A stretch of 64,000 nucleotides of DNA from Escherichia coli (lineage in GTDB: Bacteria > Pseudomonadota > Gammaproteobacteria > Enterobacterales > Enterobacteriaceae). The first letter of the stretch is position 1. The number at the start of each line of letters is the position of its first letter. Below, piece after piece: positions 52,978 to 63,118 of this stretch. Position numbers and translations under genes: made by a program. The stretch is taken from NCBI RefSeq assembly GCF_013315695.1, contig NZ_CP054353.1; one strand, written 5' to 3'. The notes beneath the pieces are model-generated. The model was given only the letters and a program-made list of their open reading frames with translations, had not been told where the DNA came from and did not search any database.

Positions 52978-53814
52978 ATGGCATCCAAAAACGCGCCAGT
53001 ACGAAAAAAATTCCGCGTCGCCGTCTCGGGCACAACCATCGACGGACGTGAAATTTCAGGCCAGATGTTGCGTCAGGCCGCAGAGAACTACGACCCGGAC
53101 GTGTGGGGATCACGGGTGAACGTGGAGCATATGCTTTCACGAATGCCGTCCAGTGAATTCAGTGCTGTGGGGGATGTGATTTCACTCTCCACCAAAGAAA
53201 TCACGGAAGGCAAGCTGGCCGGTCGCACCGCACTGTATGCCGAAATAGAGCCAACCCACCGTATGACGGAGATGTTGCGAGACGGCAAGAAAATCTACTC
53301 AAGCATCGAGCTTGAACCCAACATTGATGCCGTTGGCGGACCTTACGTAACCGGCCTGGCAATGACCGACACCCCGGCAAGTCTCGGCACTGAACGACTG
53401 AAATTTGCCGCTCAACAGCGCGCCAGCATCATGCAGTTCAGCAACCGCGCCGGTGAAGTTGCCATGTTCACCGAATGCATGGAAGCGGAACTGGTGGCAT
53501 CCGTCCAGGACAGCAGCGAAGAAAGCCGGAAGTGGTTTTCGCGCGTCATGGCACTCATCAGCAAAACCCGTGACACGGACAGCGAGCAGTTCGCTCACGT
53601 GCGCGAAGCCGTCGAGAGCATTGCCACGGAACAGGCCGGCCTTCTGGATCGCTTCCATGCGATGGAAGAGCAACAGCGCAGTGATAAGGCATCAATGGAA
53701 GCCCTGACCCGCGAACTGACTGAACTGAAGGCGCAGCTGAAAACCGAAGACGCAGACAAGGAACAGCGCTTTGCTTCAACCGGTGGCAACAGCCACGCCC
53801 TGGCTGATTTTTAA
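52978..53814 (+). CDS. P2 gpO-like capsid scaffolding protein
   Basis: Start MASKNAPVRKK after AAAGGAG; divergent from P. Confidence 0.85.
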   Translation: MASKNAPVRKKFRVAVSGTTIDGREISGQMLRQAAENYDPDVWGSRVNVEHMLSRMPSSEFSAVGDVISLSTKEITEGKLAGRTALYAEIEPTHRMTEMLRDGKKIYSSIELEPNIDAVGGPYVTGLAMTDTPASLGTERLKFAAQQRASIMQFSNRAGEVAMFTECMEAELVASVQDSSEESRKWFSRVMALISKTRDTDSEQFAHVREAVESIATEQAGLLDRFHAMEEQQRSDKASMEALTRELTELKAQLKTEDADKEQRFASTGGNSHALADF

Positions 53815-53829
53815 CAGAGGAACAAAATC

Positions 53830-54924
53830 ATGGGAAACCGCTTAACGCTTTCTCGCGAAGGCCGCAGCAATCTTGAGGCCTATCTTGCACGCCAGGCAGA
53901 ACTGGCCGAAACCACCGTAGAACGACTGGGGAAAACCTTCAGCGTTGATCCGGCTGTTCATCAGAAGATGGAAAACGCCATCAAAGAGAGCGACGAGCTG
54001 CTGAAAAGAATCAACAGCATCGGAGTTGACGATCAGGAGGGTGAAAAAGTCCTGGTGAATACCAGCGGCCCCATCGCCAGCACCAACTCAACCAGTGACG
54101 GCGTGAAGCGACGCAATCCAGCTGACGTCTCTGATCTGGCATCACGTCGTTATCGCTGCGAACAGGTGAACTACGACACTTTCATCAGCTACGCACAGAT
54201 TGACGCGTGGAGCAGCCAGAAAAACTTCCAGCAACTGCTGAGTGCACAAATCACCCGACAGATTGCACTGGACCGTATCATGATTGGCTTTAACGGTGAG
54301 TCGCACGCCCTCATCTCCGATCGTTCTGCCAACCAGAAACTTCAGGACGTTAACACCGGGTGGCTGAAACACATCCGTGAACACGCCGCGACGCGTGTCG
54401 TGAAGGCAATGACGCTGACCCGTCGCGATCATGAAAACAAACTGGTTGCAAAAGGCGACTACGGCAACGCTGACGCGATGGTTAACGACATTCGCTCTTC
54501 CGTACTGGATGAGTGGCACAAGGACGCCCCGGATCTGGTTGTTGTCATGGGCCGCAACCTGTTCAACACGCTGCGTCTGCCTATGATTAACGCCATCAGC
54601 ACCACCAACCCGAACACGGAGCTGGTCGCTGGACAGCTGATTACAGCCTCCCGCACCATTGGCGCGCTGCCAACCTTCTTTGCGCCGTACTTCCCGGACG
54701 ATGCCATGCTGATCACGTCGTTCAGCAACCTTTCGGTGTACTTCCAGAAAGGGTCACTGCGTCGCTTCATCCGTGAAGAGCCGGAGTACAACCGCATCGC
54801 CACCTACCAGTCCATGAACGACTGCTACGTGGTGGAAGACTACGGCAAATGTGCGCTGATTGAGGGTATTTCTTTCGCCGGTGAAGATCCGGAAGACAAG
54901 GAAGAGCCAGAAGAACGGGCGTAA
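53830..54924 (+). CDS. P2 gpN-like major capsid protein
   Basis: 364 aa, position after the scaffold gene. Confidence 0.9.
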   Translation: MGNRLTLSREGRSNLEAYLARQAELAETTVERLGKTFSVDPAVHQKMENAIKESDELLKRINSIGVDDQEGEKVLVNTSGPIASTNSTSDGVKRRNPADVSDLASRRYRCEQVNYDTFISYAQIDAWSSQKNFQQLLSAQITRQIALDRIMIGFNGESHALISDRSANQKLQDVNTGWLKHIREHAATRVVKAMTLTRRDHENKLVAKGDYGNADAMVNDIRSSVLDEWHKDAPDLVVVMGRNLFNTLRLPMINAISTTNPNTELVAGQLITASRTIGALPTFFAPYFPDDAMLITSFSNLSVYFQKGSLRRFIREEPEYNRIATYQSMNDCYVVEDYGKCALIEGISFAGEDPEDKEEPEERA

Positions 54925-54973
54925 CGCATCATGGCGGGCACATGCGCCCGCCGGTTAATCAGGAGTCGAACAC

Positions 54974-55783
54974 ATGCTGACACCGGCACAACGATACCTT
55001 CAGCGCACGATGGCGCATCATAGGGCTGATCCATTCAATCGCGAAGAGCAGAGAACACGAACGGCACATGAACAGGTTCTTCACCAGTTACGCCTCGCAC
55101 AGTTGCAGCTGAAGGGCGTGCAGTCAAACATCGCGAAAGCGGAGCTGAAGAAGCACCTGATACCGAATTTTGAAGGCTGGATCGACGGCACACTGGCAGG
55201 CGACAGCGGACGCCAGGACGAAGTCATTACCACCATGATGGTGTGGGCCATTGACTGCCGGGATTATCCGCTGGCGCTGCGTATCGGTGAGTACGTTATT
55301 CGTCACCGGCTGGCACTGCCGGACAACTTCGGGCGCGATGCGGCGACCGTACTCACCGAAGAAATTGCCGAAGTTGTGCTGACAGAAGCCGCCACCAACA
55401 GCGAAACCGACTTATCCGGCTATATCCGTATGCTGGACGAGCTGGATGCACTGGTTCACGACCAGGACATGCCGGATCAGGTCCGTGCAAAACTGCATAA
55501 GGCGCGGGCATTTTCACGACGCGCATCAGGCAGCACGGAAGACCTGACTGTGTCGCTTGGTCTGCTGCGTGAAGCCATGCGCATCAATCCGGCTGCGGGC
55601 GTGAAACGTGAAATCGCCACGCTGGCCAGAAAAGTGTCAAAGGTTCAGCCGGAACAGGAAAAACCGGCAGAAGAGAAAAGTAAATCGAAAGCAACATCAG
55701 GGCGCAAAAAGCCGGCTACAAAAGCGACGGCCAGAAAAGCCACGAAAAAAACCGCCGCAAAAGCGGCGCGTAAGGCGACCTGA
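54974..55783 (+). CDS. P2 gpM-like terminase small/endonuclease subunit
   Basis: 269 aa with lysine/alanine-rich basic C-terminal tail. Confidence 0.8.
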   Translation: MLTPAQRYLQRTMAHHRADPFNREEQRTRTAHEQVLHQLRLAQLQLKGVQSNIAKAELKKHLIPNFEGWIDGTLAGDSGRQDEVITTMMVWAIDCRDYPLALRIGEYVIRHRLALPDNFGRDAATVLTEEIAEVVLTEAATNSETDLSGYIRMLDELDALVHDQDMPDQVRAKLHKARAFSRRASGSTEDLTVSLGLLREAMRINPAAGVKREIATLARKVSKVQPEQEKPAEEKSKSKATSGRKKPATKATARKATKKTAAKAARKAT

Positions 55784-55891
55784 TAACACCGGACCCGACC
55801 TCGTCGGCAGGCGGCGCGACCGGTGATCTGATCGCTGACTCCCGGTCATTTTCACCAGTCGCCCACCGCCTGATCTACAGGAGAAGACACC

Positions 55892-56386
55892 ATGAGCATG
55901 GTAGCCAGACCCCGTGTGAACGACGCCACGGATGACACGACAGACACCGAAGACGGCGAAGCGCGCATCAGTACAGACGCGTTCTGGCCGGATATCGTGC
56001 TGAAGGAGCTGCGGCTTGCCATGCGTATCCCGGGGCGAACCACAACGTCACGTCTGCTGCATGCCGCCACCGAAGCTGTTGCTCATGTGACGGCAGAGCT
56101 TGACGCCTGGAAGCAGGAACAGGAGGCGGCGGGACGGTCGACACTGGCGGACGTTCCGGCAGCACACATCAACGGTGAGAGCGTGAACGTGCACCGGTAC
56201 CGCCGGGCGGTGTATGCACTGACCCGTGCGGGTGTTCTTGAGCGTTCCCGGGATGTGGACACCACCGACAAAGGTGATCGCCGTGCCGATGCCCTGGACA
56301 TGCAGATTGAAGATATGTGGCGCGATGCGCGATGGGCCATATCGGACATCCGGGGCGTGAAACGGATTTATGCGGAGCTGATTTAA
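55892..56386 (+). CDS. P2 gpL-like head completion protein
   Basis: 164 aa; synteny. Confidence 0.8.
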   Translation: MSMVARPRVNDATDDTTDTEDGEARISTDAFWPDIVLKELRLAMRIPGRTTTSRLLHAATEAVAHVTAELDAWKQEQEAAGRSTLADVPAAHINGESVNVHRYRRAVYALTRAGVLERSRDVDTTDKGDRRADALDMQIEDMWRDARWAISDIRGVKRIYAELI

Positions 56387-56586
56387 TGAAAGTGATAGCG
56401 CAGGATGGCGACACCGTTGATTTACTCTGCCAGCGTCATTACGGCATGACAAAAGGCGTGACGGAGCGCGTCCTGGCAGCCAATCCGGGGCTGAGCAGCA
56501 CCGTATTTCTGGCGACAGGTCAGGAAGTGGAGCTGCCGGAAATCACACAGGAAAAACAGCGCGAAACCGTTCAGTTGTGGGATTGA
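56386..56586 (+). CDS. P2 gpX-like tail protein (LysM-like)
   Basis: 66 aa from MKVIAQDGDTVDLLCQRHYG; start overlaps the L stop (TAATG). Confidence 0.7.
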   Translation: MKVIAQDGDTVDLLCQRHYGMTKGVTERVLAANPGLSSTVFLATGQEVELPEITQEKQRETVQLWD

Positions 56587-56588
56587 TT

Positions 56589-56879
56589 ATGTTTCAGAGA
56601 ATTTACGACCACATTACGTTTTTCACATCCGTCATGGTCACCGGTATAGGGGTTATGACGCTGAGCGAGAAGATGGCGCTGGCCGGGCTGATTCTGGGGG
56701 CTCTTTCTCTGCTGCGTGGATGGATGCACAGAACACGTATGGAGCAGGCACAGGAGCGCCGCAACGAGCTTATTGCACGCATAGCCGACCAGATGCAGCA
56801 ACGACCACTAAAAGGCAGCGAGAAACGCGCTCTGGAGGCGCTGAAAGCAGACGGAGATACTCATGGGAAACCAGGTTAA
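56589..56879 (+). CDS. holin (gpY-like)
   Basis: 96 aa from MFQRIYDHITFFTSVMVTGIGVMTL with TM segments. Confidence 0.7.
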   Translation: MFQRIYDHITFFTSVMVTGIGVMTLSEKMALAGLILGALSLLRGWMHRTRMEQAQERRNELIARIADQMQQRPLKGSEKRALEALKADGDTHGKPG

Positions 56880-57402
56880 ACGTTATACCGTTGCCGCCAT
56901 CGTGGCGCTGGGTTTTTCGCTGGCCCCCGGGGAACTGAGAACCTCACAGGAGGCACAGGAAAAAATAGCCACGTGGGAAGACTGCCGGGCCGTTCCGTAC
57001 AGGGATATCGCCGGGGTGAAAACCGTGGGCTGCGGCTCAACGGGAAACGTGCCCGACCGCCACCACACCCAACAGGAGGTTGCCGGTCGCTGGGTGAATG
57101 ATTTGCGACGGGCAGAGAACTGCATCAATCAGAACTTCAATGGCCGCGACATGCCACAGCGCCACTTCGAGGCAATGACGGATGCCGCCTTTAATCTGGG
57201 GTGCAAAGGTCTGATGTGGTTTAAGGGGCGTGACGGGAGAATGCACAGAACAACCATCTGGAAGTTCGCTCAGGGAAAGAACTGGAACGCAATGTGCGGC
57301 AGGCTGACGGATTTTGTGAACAGCGGCGGACGCTATTCACAGGGGCTGTTTAACCGACGGGACGACTTCCGGAAATGGTGTTCACAGGAGAACAAAACAT
57401 GA
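56863..57402 (+). CDS. endolysin (gpK-like lysozyme)
   Basis: 179 aa; lysozyme family context and position after the holin. Confidence 0.8.
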   Translation: MGNQVKRYTVAAIVALGFSLAPGELRTSQEAQEKIATWEDCRAVPYRDIAGVKTVGCGSTGNVPDRHHTQQEVAGRWVNDLRRAENCINQNFNGRDMPQRHFEAMTDAAFNLGCKGLMWFKGRDGRMHRTTIWKFAQGKNWNAMCGRLTDFVNSGGRYSQGLFNRRDDFRKWCSQENKT

Positions 57403-57842
57403 GAGTCACCGTCATCATTGTCTGGCTGGTTGTGACGCTTCTGTTATGTGGGCTGGTCGGCTGGGAAGCATACCGCAAGGGGCAGGAAAGTCTGGGGAGA
57501 CAACAAATGATGGATGTCATCGAGGACAACCGGGCCGCCATGCATGAAGTCCGCGAGGCATACAGCGATTTTTCGCGGGTGATTAACATCATCCGGATCC
57601 TGGACCAGCAACGCATCACCGAAGGAGAGCAACGACGTGAAGCTATGCAGAAGGCCGCACAGAATGATGCGTGTGCTGGCGCTCATCCTCCTGGCGCTGT
57701 CACTGAGCGGCTGCAACAGCACATCGCACACGTTGAAAACCAGACTCGTTTACGAGCCGGTGCCGGAAGTACTGACAAGGCAGACGCCGATCCCCTTTCT
57801 GGAGCGACCGGTGACCTGGTACCGGATAACCGAATGGAGTGA
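57396..57842 (+). CDS. i-spanin (Rz/LysB-like)
   Basis: N-terminal TM MRVTVIIVWLVVTLLLCGLVGW followed by a charged helical domain. Confidence 0.6.
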   Translation, partial: NMRVTVIIVWLVVTLLLCGLVGWEAYRKGQESLGRQQMMDVIEDNRAAMHEVREAYSDFSRVINIIRILDQQRITEGEQRREAMQKAAQNDACAGAHPPGAVTERLQQHIAHVENQTRLRAGAGSTDKADADPLSGATGDLVPDNRME

Positions 57843-57948
57843 CCAGTTACTGGCTGCGCTGGATACATGCAACACAGACAAAGCCGCAATAGCCTGGCTG
57901 GACAAGCAGAGGGCAGAACGGGCGCAAGATGCACCCAATCAGGAGTAG
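57637..57948 (+). CDS. o-spanin lipoprotein (Rz1/LysC-like), embedded/overlapping frame
   Basis: Lipobox LALSLSGC; likely real start at the internal Met near 57664. Confidence 0.6.
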   Translation: MKLCRRPHRMMRVLALILLALSLSGCNSTSHTLKTRLVYEPVPEVLTRQTPIPFLERPVTWYRITEWSDQLLAALDTCNTDKAAIAWLDKQRAERAQDAPNQE

Positions 57949-57951
57949 ACG

Positions 57952-59889
57952 ATGAGCAAAAAACATTTTGAGTTGATTACCGCCATGAGCCGTACGGAGC
58001 TGGCTGAGAAAGTTAACGAACGTCTGGCGCTGGGCTGGCAGCTTCAGGGCGACGCACAGGTTGCGTCAGAGCCGGGCGTGCCGTGGTATTTGATGCAGGC
58101 CATGACCGGTGATCAGCCCGTCACCGACGAGCCGCAAATTGCTGTGGATGACGAAGGGAACACAATCAACGAACCGGAATACTACTTCGTCATTGCTCTG
58201 GCCGGGCAATCCAACGGCATGGCGTATGGCGAAGGTCTGCCGCTGCCTGAGACATACGATCGCCCCGATCAGCGCATTAAGCAACTGGCACGCCGCAGTA
58301 CTGTCACGCCGGGTGGTGCGTCCTGTAATTACAACGACATTATTCCTGCGGACCACTGCCTGCATGATGTTCAGGATTTGAGTAAGTTTTCACACCCGAA
58401 AGCCAGCGCAGCTCAGTATGGATGCGTGGGGCAGGGATTACATATCGCGAAGAAATTGTTGCCGTTTATTCCGGCGAATGCGGGCATTCTTCTGGTTCCG
58501 TGCTGTCGTGGTGGATCTGCGTTTACTACAGGGGGTGATGGCGCTTTCAGTGAAACAACCGGTGCAACAGAAGCATCGTCTCGTTGGGGGGTCGATAAAC
58601 CGTTATACAAGGATCTACTCACCCGAACAAAAGCCGCACTGAAAACCAACCCTAAAAACATTCTGCTTGCAGTGGTCTGGATGCAGGGCGAGTTTGACTT
58701 AAAACAAACAACGGCATATTCCAACCAGCCAGCGGCGTTTGATGCCATGGTGGCAAAATACCGCTCCGATCTGGCGGGCGTATCAGGTCAGTGCGTTGGT
58801 GGCTCTTCATCATCAGTACCCTGGATTTGTGGTGATACAACTTATTACTGGAAAGAGACATATCCAACCGAGTACGGTGTTGTCTATGGCGCATACAAAA
58901 ACAAGCAGGCTAAAAACATCTTCTTTGTGCCGTTTATGACGGATGAAAACGGTCAGAATGTTGGCACCAACGAGCCAGATGAAGATCCTGATATCACTGA
59001 AATCGACTATTACGGTTCTGGATGGCGCAAAGATAAAACCACATGGACAACGGCAGATCGTAAAACTCACTTTGGCTCATGGGCACGTCGGGGAATTATT
59101 TCAGATCGTCTTGCTACAGCAATAATTGAGCATGCAGGTAAAACGGAAGCACTTGTTTATGGCAGGGTAACGCTCAGTAAAGAGGAAGAGCGCCCGGAAG
59201 AGGAAGATGAACCCATTGTAAAACCCACAGCTGAACAGTCAGTTATACTTTACGACGCTAAAAATGCCTCAGATACCAATTTACAGGCGCTGAACTGGGA
59301 GTTGAAGGATGTCACCCCCTCTCTGATTCAGGAGGGAAGTAATAAGGCGTTGCGTCTTGAGAAAAGCAACAGTGCGAAACCATGGTCATTACTTCATAGT
59401 ATTGCAGCCGAAAAATCAGGACAACTTCTGGAAAAAGGCGGAGAAATTTCCGTTCGCTTCAAAATACCTGAAAACACCTCTCTTGATACAGGAAAAAATA
59501 AGTATGTGTTAGGGCTGTACTGGAAAATAGCGGGATGGCCAGGTGATGGCGGAGAAGGCTATCTGAGTTCTTTTCTTGTTCAGACAGATAAAGCAAACCT
59601 GGATGTTGTTTACCATTACAACAGTAATCAACTGAAAGATATTGGTACATTTGATGAGTTTGATCATGACTGGCATACGCTCGCATTCAGGTTTGAAGGC
59701 GGTAACAGCCTCAGCGTTACACCGGTGCTCGATGGTAAAGATGGTCAGGCGTTTGATCTTGTTAAGTGGACTAATTCAGCTAATGAGGCCAATAAGTTTA
59801 TTTTGACCGATATTACTGGCACAGCTGAAACGTATCCTGTCCTTATTGAGACAATCGAAGTTAAAGCAAACCAGGCAGCAGCGAAATAA
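57952..59889 (+). CDS. NanS-p-like SGNH/sialate O-acetylesterase-family protein (DUF1737-type N-terminus + esterase + C-terminal domain)
   Basis: 645 aa; N-terminus MSKKHFELITAMSRTELAEKVNERLALGWQLQGDAQV; esterase motif VIALAGQSNGMAYGE (GQSN). Confidence 0.75.
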   Translation: MSKKHFELITAMSRTELAEKVNERLALGWQLQGDAQVASEPGVPWYLMQAMTGDQPVTDEPQIAVDDEGNTINEPEYYFVIALAGQSNGMAYGEGLPLPETYDRPDQRIKQLARRSTVTPGGASCNYNDIIPADHCLHDVQDLSKFSHPKASAAQYGCVGQGLHIAKKLLPFIPANAGILLVPCCRGGSAFTTGGDGAFSETTGATEASSRWGVDKPLYKDLLTRTKAALKTNPKNILLAVVWMQGEFDLKQTTAYSNQPAAFDAMVAKYRSDLAGVSGQCVGGSSSSVPWICGDTTYYWKETYPTEYGVVYGAYKNKQAKNIFFVPFMTDENGQNVGTNEPDEDPDITEIDYYGSGWRKDKTTWTTADRKTHFGSWARRGIISDRLATAIIEHAGKTEALVYGRVTLSKEEERPEEEDEPIVKPTAEQSVILYDAKNASDTNLQALNWELKDVTPSLIQEGSNKALRLEKSNSAKPWSLLHSIAAEKSGQLLEKGGEISVRFKIPENTSLDTGKNKYVLGLYWKIAGWPGDGGEGYLSSFLVQTDKANLDVVYHYNSNQLKDIGTFDEFDHDWHTLAFRFEGGNSLSVTPVLDGKDGQAFDLVKWTNSANEANKFILTDITGTAETYPVLIETIEVKANQAAAK

Positions 59890-59896
59890 TAAAAAA

Positions 59897-59919
59897 CCCC
59901 CTCCGGCATTCGGAGGGGG
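59897..59919 (+). terminator. hairpin terminator immediately after the esterase gene
   Basis: CCCCCTCCG-GCATT-CGGAGGGGG directly after the stop codon. Confidence 0.55.
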
Positions 59920-60189
59920 AGAGAAACTAACCATTAAAAACGAATATCTATAAGCATCTCAATTCTGGCGTTTTACACCATCACACGCAATGCAAAGGAG
60001 CAATGTATGAATTTATTTCAACAGTCCATGTTGTATTTCAGTGCTGCAGTATGCGTCATATGGGTGTGATAAGGCAGACAGAACTTCCGGAACAAAAAAC
60101 AAATAAGGCAGCAGTAAGAAAAGCAGCTGGCGGTACAACTAACCGATCCTGAAATAGCCTGCCATACACAACAAACAGACGGTGTTTTT

Positions 60190-60660
60190 ATGCTGAAAAT
60201 GAACTCATTACGCGAAGCACTGACCAGCAACTGCCGGTGGTGCAAAGCCAATCCGGAAAAATTCACGGTATTCACTGAGTCCGGAGGCATTGAGACCACC
60301 GCAGAAAGACCGTCATTTCTGTATCGCTACAACCTGGTCGTTTTCATCATGGATTTCACGGAAAGCATCGACAACATCATGCTGCCGGTAATGGCGTGGC
60401 TGTACCGCAACCAGCCTGACCTGCTGCTTAATCCGGAGAAGAACAAAAGCATTAAATTTTCGACGGCCATTAACGACGATGACAGCGCCGATATCCTGCT
60501 GGAAATCCCGGTATGGGAACGCGTGATTGTACGCCGCAACGATGACGGCACGGTAACGGCAGAGCATATCGGTGAGCCACCGATAAGCCGGGCACTGGAA
60601 GCATGGCGAGTGGTCTTTGAAGACATGACATGGAAAACCGCAGAAGAGGCCGGGGCATGA
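60190..60660 (+). CDS. P2 gpR-like tail completion protein
   Basis: 156 aa; synteny R-S-V-W-J-I. Confidence 0.8.
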   Translation: MLKMNSLREALTSNCRWCKANPEKFTVFTESGGIETTAERPSFLYRYNLVVFIMDFTESIDNIMLPVMAWLYRNQPDLLLNPEKNKSIKFSTAINDDDSADILLEIPVWERVIVRRNDDGTVTAEHIGEPPISRALEAWRVVFEDMTWKTAEEAGA

Positions 60661-61292
60661 GAGACGCTCACGAACTGGATGCCATCTTTCAGGATATTCT
60701 TTCCGGCCTGTCGGCTGCTGGCATTCAGCGCACAGCAATGAACGTGGGTAAGATTATCCGGCAGCAACAGGCCAGGCGCATCAGAAACCAGGTATCCCCG
60801 GAAGGCCAGCCCTGGGAGAAACGAAAACGCCGCATAATGCGTATACAAAAAGGCGTGAAGTTTATCTGGAAAGACGGACAGGTGAGAAACCTGAAAAACT
60901 GGAGCACATCCCGGGGACGGTTCGGGCAGAAAATTACCGGCTACGATACAGACACCGGGGGTATCCGGACGTTTTACAAAGCGGATATCGAAGATTACCT
61001 GGAAATTAACACTCTGCGTGTTGGCGCGAAAACAACTCGCCCTTCCCCCATGTTTGAAAAGCTGAGAACGCCGCGCTTCATGAAAATAACCCCGGCTCCT
61101 GACGGCGTAAGCGTTGGGTTTCAGGGGCGGGCCGCGCGTATTGCCAGGGTACATCAGTTCGGAGAAGTGAGCCTGGTATCACCCGGGAACGCCACGAAAT
61201 ACCCCGTGCGCGAGCTGCTGGGCCTGAACGGGAAAGACAAACAGCAAATCACAGAAACCGTGATAGCCGGACTGGGGAAAGCGACGAAATGA
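60657..61292 (+). CDS. P2 gpS-like tail completion protein
   Basis: Start MRDAHELD overlaps the R stop (ATGA). Confidence 0.8.
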   Translation: MRDAHELDAIFQDILSGLSAAGIQRTAMNVGKIIRQQQARRIRNQVSPEGQPWEKRKRRIMRIQKGVKFIWKDGQVRNLKNWSTSRGRFGQKITGYDTDTGGIRTFYKADIEDYLEINTLRVGAKTTRPSPMFEKLRTPRFMKITPAPDGVSVGFQGRAARIARVHQFGEVSLVSPGNATKYPVRELLGLNGKDKQQITETVIAGLGKATK

Positions 61293-61870
61293 ACATCGAG
61301 CTTATGCGACTGCTGCACAACATTGTCCGCATTGGCGTGGTCACAGAAATCAACACCGACAACTGGGAGGTTCGCGTGCAGAGCGGCGGACTGACCACCA
61401 ACTGGATCAGATGGAACTGCGGGCGGGCCGGAAAATTCAGAATCTGGATCCCGCCATCACCGGGCGAACAGGTGCTTATCCTGTGCCCCGGCGGCAACCC
61501 GGAAACCGCCGTCAGCGCGGGTAGCCTGTACAGTAATGACAACCCACCGCCGGACTCGCTGGAAAACGAAATGGTCATCACCGCACCGGACGGTGCAGTG
61601 TTTCGCTATAACGCACAGGAAAGCGCGCTGACTGCAACAGGCATTAAAACCGCAACCATCACAGCGGAAACCCGCATCACGCTGGACACGCCAAGGGTGG
61701 AATGCACGCAGCACCTGAAGGCAAAAACATTCGAGCTGACCGAAGGCGGGAAGATGACCGGTAACATCACGCACACCGGAGGAAGCCTGACCTCCAACGG
61801 CATCACGGTACACAGCCACGTACACGGCGGAGTCAGAAGCGGCGGAGACACAAGCGGAGGTCCACAGTGA
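61289..61870 (+). CDS. P2 gpV-like baseplate spike
   Basis: 193 aa from MNIELMRLLHNIVRIGVVTEI. Confidence 0.85.
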   Translation: MNIELMRLLHNIVRIGVVTEINTDNWEVRVQSGGLTTNWIRWNCGRAGKFRIWIPPSPGEQVLILCPGGNPETAVSAGSLYSNDNPPPDSLENEMVITAPDGAVFRYNAQESALTATGIKTATITAETRITLDTPRVECTQHLKAKTFELTEGGKMTGNITHTGGSLTSNGITVHSHVHGGVRSGGDTSGGPQ

Positions 61871-62235
61871 GCATTGACTACACCGGCATGAATCCGCACG
61901 GCACGGGAACAATTTCAGGGCACGAACACCTGAAGAACGCCATCATGGACATCATCATGACACCTGTCGGAACACGCGTCATGAGACGGGACTATGGCAG
62001 CCTGGTTCCCGGACTCATCGACAGCCCGATGAATGATGTAACCCGCCTTCAGTGCATGAGTGCAGCTGTAATAGCAATCAGCCGCTGGGAGCCGCGCGTG
62101 GCCGTGAGCGCCGTTGATGTGGCATGGGATAAACAGGGGCGGGCCATGCTGTCCCTGAACTGCCTGATTGTAAACACCATGGAAAAACTGGAGTTTTCTG
62201 TAGAGATGGGAGGAAAGGCGGATGCCGGCCATTGA
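61867..62235 (+). CDS. P2 gpW-like baseplate wedge protein
   Basis: 122 aa, overlapping start/stop with neighbours. Confidence 0.85.
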   Translation: MSIDYTGMNPHGTGTISGHEHLKNAIMDIIMTPVGTRVMRRDYGSLVPGLIDSPMNDVTRLQCMSAAVIAISRWEPRVAVSAVDVAWDKQGRAMLSLNCLIVNTMEKLEFSVEMGGKADAGH

Positions 62236-63118
62236 TTTATCTGAACTGCCAAAACCGAACGTTATCGAAACGCTGGATTACGAGGTGATACTGGCAGAAA
62301 CGAAAGCATTCATCACCGGTCTTTACCCGGCAGAAATGCAGGCAGCCGTCACTGCCGCAATGACGCTGGAATCAGAACCCCTGAACATTATTGCCCAGGG
62401 CATGGCTTTTCGTGAGCTCATTATTCGCCAGAGAATCAATGACGCCGCAGGTGCCGTTTTGCTGAGCCATGCGGTATCCACAGACCTGGATCATGTTGCC
62501 GCGAACCTGAACACCATTCGCCTTGTCACCACACCTGCAACAGATACCCGTGACGCCATCATGGAAAGTGATACCGCTCTGCGTCTTCGGGCACAGTCTG
62601 CCTTTGACGGACTGAGTGTTGCCGGACCGGCAGGTGCATATGAGTATTTTGCCCGAAGTGTGAGCGGAAGCATTGCCGATGTAAGGGCGACGAGCCCATC
62701 CCCCGCCCAGGTCACCGTGGCAGTATTGTCCACTGACGGCGACGGCAGAGCTTCCGAAGACTTGATCGAAAAAGTCAGAACCGCACTGAGCGCGGAGGAC
62801 GTCCGCCCGGTGGGAGACCGTCTTACCGTAAAGAGCGCTGAAATCATTAACTACCAAATCAACGCCAGACTCTATTTTTATCCGGGACCGGAATCAGAGC
62901 CGATACTGAATGCGGCAAAAAACAACCTGGAAGCCTGGATCAGGGAGCAAAGAAAGATAGGCCGTGACGTTGCGCTTTCGGCCATCATGGCGGTACTGCA
63001 TGTTCAGGGGGTTCAGCGGGTGGAGCTGATTGAGCCAAAGCAAAACATTACCGTCAGTGATGTGCAGTCAGCCTATTGCACGTCATTCAATGTAAGCACC
63101 GGGGGAACCAATGAATAA
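62222..63118 (+). CDS. P2 gpJ-like baseplate assembly protein
   Basis: 298 aa; synteny. Confidence 0.85.
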   Translation: MPAIDLSELPKPNVIETLDYEVILAETKAFITGLYPAEMQAAVTAAMTLESEPLNIIAQGMAFRELIIRQRINDAAGAVLLSHAVSTDLDHVAANLNTIRLVTTPATDTRDAIMESDTALRLRAQSAFDGLSVAGPAGAYEYFARSVSGSIADVRATSPSPAQVTVAVLSTDGDGRASEDLIEKVRTALSAEDVRPVGDRLTVKSAEIINYQINARLYFYPGPESEPILNAAKNNLEAWIREQRKIGRDVALSAIMAVLHVQGVQRVELIEPKQNITVSDVQSAYCTSFNVSTGGTNE

